Shown: positions 1-7,482 of the stretch, in pieces
How the letters are laid out: every line of letters begins with the position of its first letter
Position numbering within the stretch: position 1 is the stretch's first letter
NCBI GenBank assembly: GCA_023818895.1
Contig: JAMWCX010000001.1
Span: 599,789-631,788, forward strand
Direction: 5' to 3'
Length of the DNA stretch: 32,000 nucleotides
From: Candidatus Omnitrophota bacterium
Lineage (GTDB): Bacteria; Omnitrophota; Gorgyraeia; 2-01-FULL-45-10
Notes under the pieces: model-generated
Told to the model about the DNA's origin: nothing
The model's input: the letters and a program-made list of their open reading frames with translations, nothing else
The model's database searches: none
Made by a program: the position numbers and the translations under genes

Positions 1-943
1 TGCCGGATTCCTTAACAATATCATGCAAACCGAAAGATTGCGATAGCTTCTCCACATCAGGTTTATCATAACCGAATACACACAAATAAAGTTCTATTTT
101 CCGCCTATCGATCTTCCCATGCGCAACTAAATCAGCGACCGCTTTGAAAAAAGGCTCAAGCGGCTGATGATCTTTATGAAGTTTGCCGGTATAACTTATT
201 GTAAACTTAGCATTTTTAGAAAAACCTATTCGCCCGAAATCCTCTTCGTCAAAACCATTTTCTATCACGCTGACCACGCCCCTATTATCTCTAAGCGACT
301 TCTTAAGCCGCTCAGCCCAAGGCTCAGAGACCGTGATAACGGAATCGGCATCCTTCAAGATGCTCTTCTCCATTATTCTCAAAGCGGCTTTTTTTATAAA
401 TGACCTGGGCCTGAAATGGTCCTCTGCCCAAAGATCGCGAAGATCAGCTACCCATGGCATTCCGGAAAGCGTTTTCAGTTTTCGCGCGACAAGATGGGCA
501 GTTTCGGGTGGAGATGTGCTGAATATCACATCAACGCGCTCCTGCTCAATTATCCTCTTACCCTCCTCCAAGGCAAGAGAGTACCAGCCTATTTGGTCAT
601 CAGGCATAGTCACCATTTCTCGCACAAACGAAACTCTTTTGGCCGGCTTTTTAGGACGCAAGTATGTCTTAAGCTCGCTATCGTCAGCGGTTGTAATTCT
701 TGACACGATGCGCTTGAGGCTTCCTATAACATCCTTATAATCGGTCCTGAAAACCTTGGTTCCGTTGAGCGCGTATTCCGATTCCGCATCACCGGCCAAA
801 GGCTTGCCCGCCTTAACGGTTAAAACAAGAGGACTCCACCCATACTCGGGCAGAAACTTCGCGAATTTGAAAGCCCTCATCGTTCCAACGCCTTCCATAG
901 GAGGCCATGCGTAAGATATCATCAACACTTTTTTTACGCTCAT
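1..943 (-). CDS. Glycosyltransferase, GT4 (group 1) family, N-terminal part; C-terminus lies beyond the left window edge
   Basis: Absent from the supplied ORF track because no stop codon falls inside the window. My manual reverse-complement translation from the ATG at 943..941 gives MSVKKVLMISYAWPPMEGVGTMRAFKFAKFLPEYGWSPLVLTVKAGKPLAGDAESEYALNGTKVFRTDYKDVIGSL... and stays open to position 2. The N-terminus has the GT4-like pattern of a hydrophobic strand, then P-x-x-G-G/V-G, then R and a helix. The start lies 4 nt after the stop of the upstream radical SAM gene. The + strand ORFs at 167-740 are antisense shadows of this gene. Confidence 0.75.
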   Translation of the reverse strand, partial: MSVKKVLMISYAWPPMEGVGTMRAFKFAKFLPEYGWSPLVLTVKAGKPLAGDAESEYALNGTKVFRTDYKDVIGSLKRIVSRITTADDSELKTYLRPKKPAKRVSFVREMVTMPDDQIGWYSLALEEGKRIIEQERVDVIFSTSPPETAHLVARKLKTLSGMPWVADLRDLWAEDHFRPRSFIKKAALRIMEKSILKDADSVITVSEPWAERLKKSLRDNRGVVSVIENGFDEEDFGRIGFSKNAKFTISYTGKLHKDHQPLEPFFKAVADLVAHGKIDRRKIELYLCVFGYDKPDVEKLSQSFGLHDIVKESG

Positions 944-947
944 AGAC

Positions 948-2018
948 CTAGATCAACACCCCTTTATTATCTGGACATACTCTGCATGGACCGGGAAGCT
1001 TTTCGGCGTCTGATGAGAGGAAGACGTTCCTCATGCGCCTGAAAAAAGCATTATTCCAAATCTCTTCATCGCGGTAGTTTCCATTGCCTTCCATATTTAA
1101 CAGCATCATAGAGCAACTGGAGATATTGCCATCCCCGTCAAACCGAACCTGCGAGAAGTGTGAAACGCACTTATTTTGACGCAACGTCTTATCTATAAGC
1201 GGCGGCAATGTGAATTTTCTCCGTACCAAAGGCGGATATGCGTTCATGATAGATCTAATTTCCCTTCTTATCTTTGGGTCGGCCATGAGAGAGCGCTCTT
1301 CAGCGGTCAGCCCTTCAACGGGACATGGCAGAAAATTACATAAGAAGGTATGGTCGACGCCCAGATTCAGGCTCGTTTGGATCATGTCTGGTATGTACTT
1401 ATAATTTTGCCTATCTACTATGAAAGACAACTTAACTTTAAGTGGCGAATTGCGCCTATTCCTCTCATCTACCAAATTCTTAATAGCTCGGTATATCTTG
1501 GCATAATAATTTTCATCCATACCTGTCATTCTATTGAATTCTTTAGCGTTATGGCCATTTATACTTATTGTTATCCCGTCTAATTTAGAATTTAAGATAT
1601 TGTCGAGATTATCCTCTATTGTAGTGCCGTTCGAGAAGGTCTTAACCGTCATATGACGCATCGCGGCATAGTCGACCATCTTAAAGAAGTTCTTATTAAG
1701 CATAGGTTCGCCGGAACCTATTATTTGCACATTCAACGCATTTTCAAAACGGTCTATGATCTCCTTGAACATGGCAAAATCCATGTCCCTGGTAGTCGTC
1801 TGGGCATGCTCGTAATCAGCTGGCACTCGTTTCGAGTGAGTTGGACACATATCGCACGAAAACGTGCAGCGTGAAGTCGCGACTATCGAGATGGTAACGG
1901 GATCATAGTCGAGAATCTCTTTCCGCGCTGACATTCTATACTTTAGGTAGTTGAACTTTTGCGAAAAGGTTAGATCTCGCATCAATACGCCCGCTATGTC
2001 TTTTACTTTATTCATCAT
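948..2018 (-). CDS. Radical SAM enzyme with C-terminal SPASM/twitch-like auxiliary cysteine region
   Basis: 356 aa. The CX3CX2C motif is present as SRCTFSCDMCPTH near the N-terminus. The C-terminal region contains C-x17-C with G-x4-C (DGDGNISSC), followed by PGPCRVCPDNKG (CX2C). The start ATG overlaps the AsnB stop as ATGA. Confidence 0.85.
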   Translation of the reverse strand: MMNKVKDIAGVLMRDLTFSQKFNYLKYRMSARKEILDYDPVTISIVATSRCTFSCDMCPTHSKRVPADYEHAQTTTRDMDFAMFKEIIDRFENALNVQIIGSGEPMLNKNFFKMVDYAAMRHMTVKTFSNGTTIEDNLDNILNSKLDGITISINGHNAKEFNRMTGMDENYYAKIYRAIKNLVDERNRRNSPLKVKLSFIVDRQNYKYIPDMIQTSLNLGVDHTFLCNFLPCPVEGLTAEERSLMADPKIRREIRSIMNAYPPLVRRKFTLPPLIDKTLRQNKCVSHFSQVRFDGDGNISSCSMMLLNMEGNGNYRDEEIWNNAFFRRMRNVFLSSDAEKLPGPCRVCPDNKGVLI

Positions 2019-3901
2019 GGCTTTTTGTCTATAAACTTTCTAAGCCAGAGTTCAAGATTTACCCAGCTCCATATTGTAAAATGGGCATCCGGCTCATACC
2101 CCTTTACAAAACGATCAAACTTTTCGAGTACTTGCTTTTGGTCAAAATAGGGACGCCTGGCAAACTCACTGGACGAAAGGAGTTCGAATACCTTACCTTT
2201 AAGATCGAATTTAAACCACCTTGCTAGAGGCGCGGCGAATCCCATCTTGTCGGTTCTGTTTCTGACTTCGGCCGGAAGAATATCTTTCAGGGATCGACGA
2301 AGAATGTATTTTGTCACGCCGTCCCTTATCTTGTACTCCGGCCCGATCGAGAACATGAATTCAACGATCCTGTAATCAAGAAACGGCGCGCGCGATTCTA
2401 CTGAATGCGCCATGCTTGAACGGTCGTCAACATGCAGAAGCGATGGAAGCGGCGATATCTTGAACGCGTTGTAGAGCTCGTTATTCAAGATACCTTTGAA
2501 CCTCTTCTCTGTCGATATTCTGTTAAAGCTGGCTGACGCGAAATCCTTGTTCAAATAGTCAGGTATGGCTTTACCCGCGCCGGCACCGACCAGCGCCTTG
2601 GCTCTTTCCGGCATCGTATAAGACAACATAATCCTCGCTACGGGAGCAGCTATTTTTCTAATGCCGTTTGTCTCCTTGTAAATTGTCATCTCTTTCTTTG
2701 CCTGAGCCCACTTACCGGAATAAATAAGATCAGCAAAAAGATATAGATAATACTTATTGTATCCCGCAAGTGTTTCATCACCGCCCTGACCCGTCAAGAG
2801 AACTTTAACGCCCTTTTCTTTTGCGAGTTTCATAACATACCACTGCGGGAAGATGCTGAGCGTGCTGTAAGGTTCATCCTGATGCCAGATAATATCTTCG
2901 ATATCGTCAAAAAGCCTTTCGGGCTTGGCGAATATGAAATTCGCGTGCGCTCCCGTTCTGTCCAGGACCGGCCGGATAAACCGCCTCTCGTCACACTCCT
3001 CTTCGGTATCAAAGCAGGATGAAAAAGCCTCAAGCCGAGATCCTTCCAACAGACGCGCTGCCACGCAGGCTATCGAAGATGAATCAAGCCCGCCGCTTAA
3101 GCTAACCCCAAGCGGAACATCGCTTCGCAGCCTCAGTCTTACGGAATCTTCAAAAAGCTCATAAAACCGGTGGAAGGCCTCTTCCTCATCTCTGAATCTC
3201 AGCCTTTTGGCAGGATCGGGGCTCCAGTATCTGACCTGCGTAAACTTCCCATTTTCAAGACTAAGTTTAGCATAGTGGCCGGCTTTCAACTGCCTGATAC
3301 CTTTGAAAAACGTCCTTTCTGATATATCGATATAACCGTAACCGGATGCCACGTAATTATATATCGTCTTATCATCAGGCTCCGCCTTGACTTGCGGATG
3401 GGCCAAGAGAGCCTTGATCTCGGATGCGAATATGAAAATATCCCTGTCAGAATAATAATAAAATGGCTTTACCCCAAACCTGTCCCTCGAGCAGAATATT
3501 TCGCGTTTCTTTGGATCGTATATGACGAAAGACCACATCCCATTAAAGCGGTTCAGGCAGTTAGTTCCCCACTTCTCATAGGCATGTAATATTACCTCTG
3601 TATCGCTCTTAGACTTAAACGTAAAACCGAGCCTAATAAGCTCATCACGAAGTTCGCGATAGTTATATATCTCACCATTATGCACTATAACAGCGCCTGA
3701 GGAGTCGCTTGTCATGGGCTGAGAGGCGTCTTTGGAAAGGTCTATAATAGAAAGCCTCGCGTGACCAAGCCCCACAGGACCGTCAACATACATGCCCGTA
3801 TCATCAGGCCCGCGATGGCGCTGAATATCTACCATTGCCCTTAACACAATTTCGGATGCTGGATATTTATTCAGATTTAACAAACCTGCTATTCCGCACA
3901 T
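2015..3901 (-). CDS. asnB: Asparagine synthase family glutamine-dependent amidotransferase (AsnB/WbpS-type)
   Basis: The track ORF runs 2015..4030, but the Ntn-glutaminase nucleophile requires the start at MCGIAGLL, whose ATG is at 3901..3899. That ATG overlaps the upstream TAA by 1 nt (TAATG). GATase-II motifs are present (HRGPDD, HARLSIID, NGEIYNY). The PP-loop SLSGGLDSS lies in the synthetase half. Confidence 0.9.
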   Translation of the reverse strand: MCGIAGLLNLNKYPASEIVLRAMVDIQRHRGPDDTGMYVDGPVGLGHARLSIIDLSKDASQPMTSDSSGAVIVHNGEIYNYRELRDELIRLGFTFKSKSDTEVILHAYEKWGTNCLNRFNGMWSFVIYDPKKREIFCSRDRFGVKPFYYYSDRDIFIFASEIKALLAHPQVKAEPDDKTIYNYVASGYGYIDISERTFFKGIRQLKAGHYAKLSLENGKFTQVRYWSPDPAKRLRFRDEEEAFHRFYELFEDSVRLRLRSDVPLGVSLSGGLDSSSIACVAARLLEGSRLEAFSSCFDTEEECDERRFIRPVLDRTGAHANFIFAKPERLFDDIEDIIWHQDEPYSTLSIFPQWYVMKLAKEKGVKVLLTGQGGDETLAGYNKYYLYLFADLIYSGKWAQAKKEMTIYKETNGIRKIAAPVARIMLSYTMPERAKALVGAGAGKAIPDYLNKDFASASFNRISTEKRFKGILNNELYNAFKISPLPSLLHVDDRSSMAHSVESRAPFLDYRIVEFMFSIGPEYKIRDGVTKYILRRSLKDILPAEVRNRTDKMGFAAPLARWFKFDLKGKVFELLSSSEFARRPYFDQKQVLEKFDRFVKGYEPDAHFTIWSWVNLELWLRKFIDKKP

Positions 3902-4848
3902 TACTTTTCGCTCTTCTTTCTTGCTATTATAAGCACATTCCGTCCGGTCAAGCCTCGCGCCCTGTCGTAGACCAGGCAAAAAGGCACCAGCGGTAGCACC
4001 ATCGCCCTTTTCAGCTGCCCTAGTATACACGTTAGATGACTTGCCTCGCTGCCGCTGCCGCCATCTTTCGCTGTCCCAGCTCGGTTTTTCTCGATCTTCG
4101 CGATAATTCCAAAACGCACCTTCTTTATCAGTGAGTTGACCGTACTCTTTACCGTCAGAGGCTCATAGAGGCGGACAATCACTTCAAATCCCGCCGCCTC
4201 CATAAGCTTGCGCAGGCTTCTGTTGTCCCACCAAGAGAGATGGTGAGGCGGCCTGTCCCACTCTTCCCGCGTCGAATAACATAGGGACTGACGGCTTTGG
4301 CTAGGCACGGATAAAACTAACAAGCCGTCTTTATTCATCATCTTCGCGGCGGCCCTGACAAACCCAAGGGGATCGCTCAGGTGCTCGACTATATGGAATG
4401 CACATACAGCGTCAAATTTCTCGCGGGGAAAATTCGCTGCAAATTGATCGAGGGTGCATTTATAGACTTTTTCGTCTCCGAGCCTCGCCTTAGCTATCCT
4501 TAAAGCGTTTTCATTGATATCAACGCCTATAGCGTCATGCCCCCTCTGTTTGGCGATATAAAGAAAGCGGCCATCGCCGCAGCCCGCCTCGAATATCCGT
4601 TTTTTACCGTGCAAGAAGCCCACGGCCTTACCGAACTCCCACCTGTCGATGTAGTAATCTTCGGGTGATATGTTCTGATATTCTTCATCGCTTAGAGGCC
4701 TCATCGGATCTGAGAACACAACTGAACACGACGGGCATTTATAAAGACTGTAGATCCGGCCGTTTTTGCCCTCATACGACTCTACATATTTTGAATCATC
4801 TTTTCCGCACAGGATACAATTCATACTATTTTGCCCCGCACTTATCAT
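3901..4848 (-). CDS. Class I SAM-dependent methyltransferase with N-terminal CxxC...CxxC zinc ribbon
   Basis: 315 aa. The N-terminus reads CILCG...CPSC. SAM-binding motif I is present as IFEAGCGDGRF, followed by an acidic loop GVDIN. ATGA overlaps occur at both ends of the gene. Confidence 0.85.
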   Translation of the reverse strand: MISAGQNSMNCILCGKDDSKYVESYEGKNGRIYSLYKCPSCSVVFSDPMRPLSDEEYQNISPEDYYIDRWEFGKAVGFLHGKKRIFEAGCGDGRFLYIAKQRGHDAIGVDINENALRIAKARLGDEKVYKCTLDQFAANFPREKFDAVCAFHIVEHLSDPLGFVRAAAKMMNKDGLLVLSVPSQSRQSLCYSTREEWDRPPHHLSWWDNRSLRKLMEAAGFEVIVRLYEPLTVKSTVNSLIKKVRFGIIAKIEKNRAGTAKDGGSGSEASHLTCILGQLKRAMVLPLVPFCLVYDRARGLTGRNVLIIARKKSEK

Positions 4849-5933
4849 GGTGTAGGATGTTTCGTTATATAATCTGCCAAGATCGCGGCAAATTTTTCAT
4901 TACCTTTTTTAGAAAAATGAACGTAGTCGTAAAAGCAGGAATCGTCGAAATCTTCATCCAGAACTTCAGCCACAAAATCCGCACCTTCTGCGGCACAAAC
5001 TTGTTTCATTTCATTGTTATACAATTTCATAGTAGCACCAAGATCTCTCATCTTGACATATGGTATCCAGAAAAAAACTTTGTCTCCTTCCATAGCATCC
5101 CTCGCCAACCTCTGTTCATTTATTATTTGGGGAACCATTATGGGCCGGATACCTTGGGCCCTGCATAGCGCTAAGATGAGTTTCAAATTACGAGCATATA
5201 AAAGGAGGGACCTCTTGTCCGGCTCGACAGTAAATTTCGAAGGTGTGCCTTCTATACTATAGCCGCCGTCTGGATCCTTAATTAGAAAGGTATTAACGAT
5301 TTTTCGCAGGAATCTCAATGTCGCTGATTTATTCCCAAATTTGAATAAATATAGTACAAGATTGTCATATTGTGAGCGGCCGTGAAAATCAGAATAATCC
5401 GGCTTAAGGCCTTTGACGTGCATATTGCGCATGTCATTCCAGCCTTCGTAATAAACACATATATCGGGTGAGATATCAGAAAGCCAAAGCGCCGTTTGAA
5501 TTAGATTCTCGACCGTCGTATAGCCGGGAACTCCCATATTGATAACTTCATACTTAGAGCCGAGTATTTTTTCCAGATAATATGGCCATGTCTGGTCATC
5601 GGAAACGCCTATGCAGTAGGTAGATGACCCGCCTAGTACAACCACCCTTACCCTGCCCTCATCCTTGGTTTGCCGAATCTCCGCGCCGCGCATCCCCAGA
5701 GAATTATTGGTAAAAGTTATCCCGTTCTTTGAGGTAAACGTTGCGCCAGGCTTCGGAACCCCGACAAGATAAGGATGTTTCTTGAATAAATAATGGTGTG
5801 GTTCCTCCTCGGCCAAAAACAACCATTTGTTTGCCGTTACCCTGTAGGCTATCTGACAGGTAATCTCGATGCCGATCAGAAGAACAGCTATGTACAGCAG
5901 TATCCCTAAAAAACGAAGGATGCCTTTTCTCAT
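4845..5933 (-). CDS. Membrane-anchored SGNH/GDSL-family hydrolase or acyltransferase (paralog 1 of 3)
   Basis: 362 aa. There is an N-terminal TM helix (ILRFLGILLYIAVLLIGIEITC). The SGNH blocks are VVVLGGSST (block I), NMGVPGYT (II), YEGWNDM (III) and DYVHFS (V, DxxH). It aligns by eye with the proteins at 7483 and 8603. Confidence 0.8.
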   Translation of the reverse strand: MRKGILRFLGILLYIAVLLIGIEITCQIAYRVTANKWLFLAEEEPHHYLFKKHPYLVGVPKPGATFTSKNGITFTNNSLGMRGAEIRQTKDEGRVRVVVLGGSSTYCIGVSDDQTWPYYLEKILGSKYEVINMGVPGYTTVENLIQTALWLSDISPDICVYYEGWNDMRNMHVKGLKPDYSDFHGRSQYDNLVLYLFKFGNKSATLRFLRKIVNTFLIKDPDGGYSIEGTPSKFTVEPDKRSLLLYARNLKLILALCRAQGIRPIMVPQIINEQRLARDAMEGDKVFFWIPYVKMRDLGATMKLYNNEMKQVCAAEGADFVAEVLDEDFDDSCFYDYVHFSKKGNEKFAAILADYITKHPTP

Positions 5934-7084
5934 CTATTATCCCTTAAAAACTCTCTTATCTTCTCAACGATATAATTCATTTCCGCTTTATCGAGCTCAG
6001 GATACACCGCAAATGAAAGGGTCTGCTCCGATGCCTTCTCCGACTCTTTCAGGTCGCCCTTCCTGTATCCAAGATTTCGATAGCACTCTTGCAGATGCAG
6101 CGGTACCGGATAGTATGTCCTAGCTTCGATGCCGCTTGAATTCAGGTACCTGGACAGCTCCTCCATCCGGTTTTTGAGTCTTATCACATAAAGATGGTAA
6201 GTATGGACATTGTATTCTGGGACGTAAGGGCATACTACTGGCAGATCCTTCAGCTTCTCATTATAATAGGCGGCGTTCTTCCGGCGGGCTTCGAGCCATC
6301 TGTCGAGATACCTGAGCTTAACGCGCAGGACCGCGGCCTGCAGGTTATCGAGTCTTGAGTTCATTCCTATCTCTGAGTGAATATACCTCTGGGCGCTGCC
6401 GTGCACCCTGAGCATCCTAATCCTATCCGCAACCTTTTTATCATTGGTGACCACCATGCCGGCATCACCGAAAGCCCCGAGGTTCTTCGACGGAAAGAAG
6501 CTGAGGCACCCTATGTCTCCCATGGATCCGGCCTTTCGGCCCTTGTAGGTAGCACCTATAGCCTGCGCGGCATCCTCTATGACTTTAAGCTTATGTTTCC
6601 TGGCAATCGACAATATCGGGTCCATGTCAGCGCACTGCCCGTAGAGATGAACCGGTATCACTGCCTTTGTTTTGCTGGTGATCGCCTTTTCGATAAGCGC
6701 GGGGTTTATGTTGTAGGTCTGCGGGTCTATATCTACGAAGATCGGTTTGGCGCCGACTATTGAAATAGCCTCAGCGGTGGCGAAAAAGGTAAACGGAGAA
6801 GTGATGACTTCGTCTCCGGTGCCTATCCCCAGCGCCTTCAGCGCCAATATGAGAGCATCTGTGCCCGAGGCAAGGCCGACACCGTATTTTGTGCCACAAT
6901 AAGCGGCCGTTTCGGCTTCAAACGCGCTAACATCCTCGCCGAGTATGAAATTCTGGTTATCTATAACGTTCTTTACGGACTTATCGACTTCGGACTTTAT
7001 GAACTGGTATTGCTTTTTAAGGTCCAATATCGAGACTTTCATAGAAGTCTTTTCTTTAGATACCTGGTTTGCGGACGTAACCAT
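5930..7084 (-). CDS. DegT/DnrJ/EryC1/StrS-family PLP-dependent nucleotide-sugar aminotransferase
   Basis: The family pattern is recognisable: LDLKKQY, FILGEDVSAFE, ASGTDALILAL, and the PLP-lysine context SFFPSKNLGAFGDAG. The track start at 7087 is TTG. The adjacent ATG at 7084 has a strong GGAGGGAG Shine-Dalgarno sequence upstream and overlaps the upstream TGA (TGATG). Confidence 0.9.
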   Translation of the reverse strand: MVTSANQVSKEKTSMKVSILDLKKQYQFIKSEVDKSVKNVIDNQNFILGEDVSAFEAETAAYCGTKYGVGLASGTDALILALKALGIGTGDEVITSPFTFFATAEAISIVGAKPIFVDIDPQTYNINPALIEKAITSKTKAVIPVHLYGQCADMDPILSIARKHKLKVIEDAAQAIGATYKGRKAGSMGDIGCLSFFPSKNLGAFGDAGMVVTNDKKVADRIRMLRVHGSAQRYIHSEIGMNSRLDNLQAAVLRVKLRYLDRWLEARRKNAAYYNEKLKDLPVVCPYVPEYNVHTYHLYVIRLKNRMEELSRYLNSSGIEARTYYPVPLHLQECYRNLGYRKGDLKESEKASEQTLSFAVYPELDKAEMNYIVEKIREFLRDNR

Positions 7085-7317
7085 CAAGCTCCCTCCCTCA
7101 TCCCGTTAAGAATGATACTGCGATGTTTGTTAAGTGACCTTTTTATATAACCTTTCTTTTCAAGGGCTAATAACTTATCAACCGCTGACTTATACGATTG
7201 AATGCTGCACCCTTCTTGTATTTCCCTTATATAAGGCGAGATAGAGTTCTTCTCTATGTATGCCTTGATATAGTCGTATACCTCTTTCTGCTTTTGGGTA
7301 AGCATGTACTTTTCCAT
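7084..7317 (-). CDS. Small winged-helix DNA-binding protein resembling the LexA N-terminal domain only (no S24 peptidase domain)
   Basis: 77 aa. LTQKQKEVYDYIKAYIEKNSISPYIREIQEGCSIQSYKSAVDKLLALEKKGYIKRS matches the LexA DNA-binding-domain pattern (LTxxQxxVxxxI...PxxREI...S...HLxxLxxKGxIxR). An AAGGAGAG Shine-Dalgarno sequence lies 8 nt upstream of the ATG. This is the first gene after the promoter. Confidence 0.7.
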   Translation of the reverse strand: MEKYMLTQKQKEVYDYIKAYIEKNSISPYIREIQEGCSIQSYKSAVDKLLALEKKGYIKRSLNKHRSIILNGMREGA

Positions 7318-7363
7318 ATTGCGCTCTCCTTTTATTATATTATAACAATATATTATTATATTT

Positions 7364-7379
7364 CTTCATATATAGGAAG
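7364..7379 (-). promoter_or_regulatory. 16-bp near-palindrome CTTC-N8-GAAG overlapping the predicted transcription start; candidate operator
   Basis: The plus strand reads cttcatatataggaag, and 14 of 16 positions are self-complementary. It starts 5 nt downstream of the predicted -10 hexamer. The arm-N8-arm geometry resembles LexA-type boxes. The region is AT-rich, so a chance occurrence is not excluded. Confidence 0.3.
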
Positions 7380-7384
7380 CTGAA

Positions 7385-7413
7385 ATATTACCATATTTTA
7401 AGCTTCGTGTCAA
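7385..7413 (-). promoter_or_regulatory. Sigma70-type promoter for the tailoring operon
   Basis: Read on the minus strand: TTGACA (7413..7408), a 17-nt spacer, then TAATAT (7390..7385). It sits about 70 nt upstream of the ATG at 7317, inside the only long AT-rich non-coding gap (7318-7482) in this part of the window. Confidence 0.55.
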
Positions 7414-7482
7414 TTAAATACTGGCTTTTTCTTATAATATCCTGCCTTTATGCGTATAATAAGAGTAGGCTATATAGGATTA

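Noticed and set aside
167-740. Three overlapping + strand ORFs of 78, 135 and 95 aa at the left edge
   Set aside because: The sequences are low-complexity and lack recognisable motifs. The opposite strand encodes a continuous GT4-like protein from the ATG at 943 to the window edge, so these ORFs are antisense shadows.
948-3901. AsnB homolog + SPASM radical SAM read as a lasso-peptide/RiPP cluster
   Set aside because: The AsnB protein keeps an intact glutaminase nucleophile and is full length, unlike typical lasso cyclases. I see no precursor-peptide ORF, no B-type protease and no dedicated exporter. Every neighbouring gene is glycan-related. A RiPP role for the rSAM is not excluded, but I judge it unlikely.
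3902-4030. A 43-codon N-terminal extension of the AsnB ORF (track start 4030)
   Set aside because: Class II amidotransferases need Cys as the first residue after Met removal. MCGIAG begins at 3901 and is coupled to the upstream stop as TAATG. The extension lies entirely inside the methyltransferase gene in another frame.
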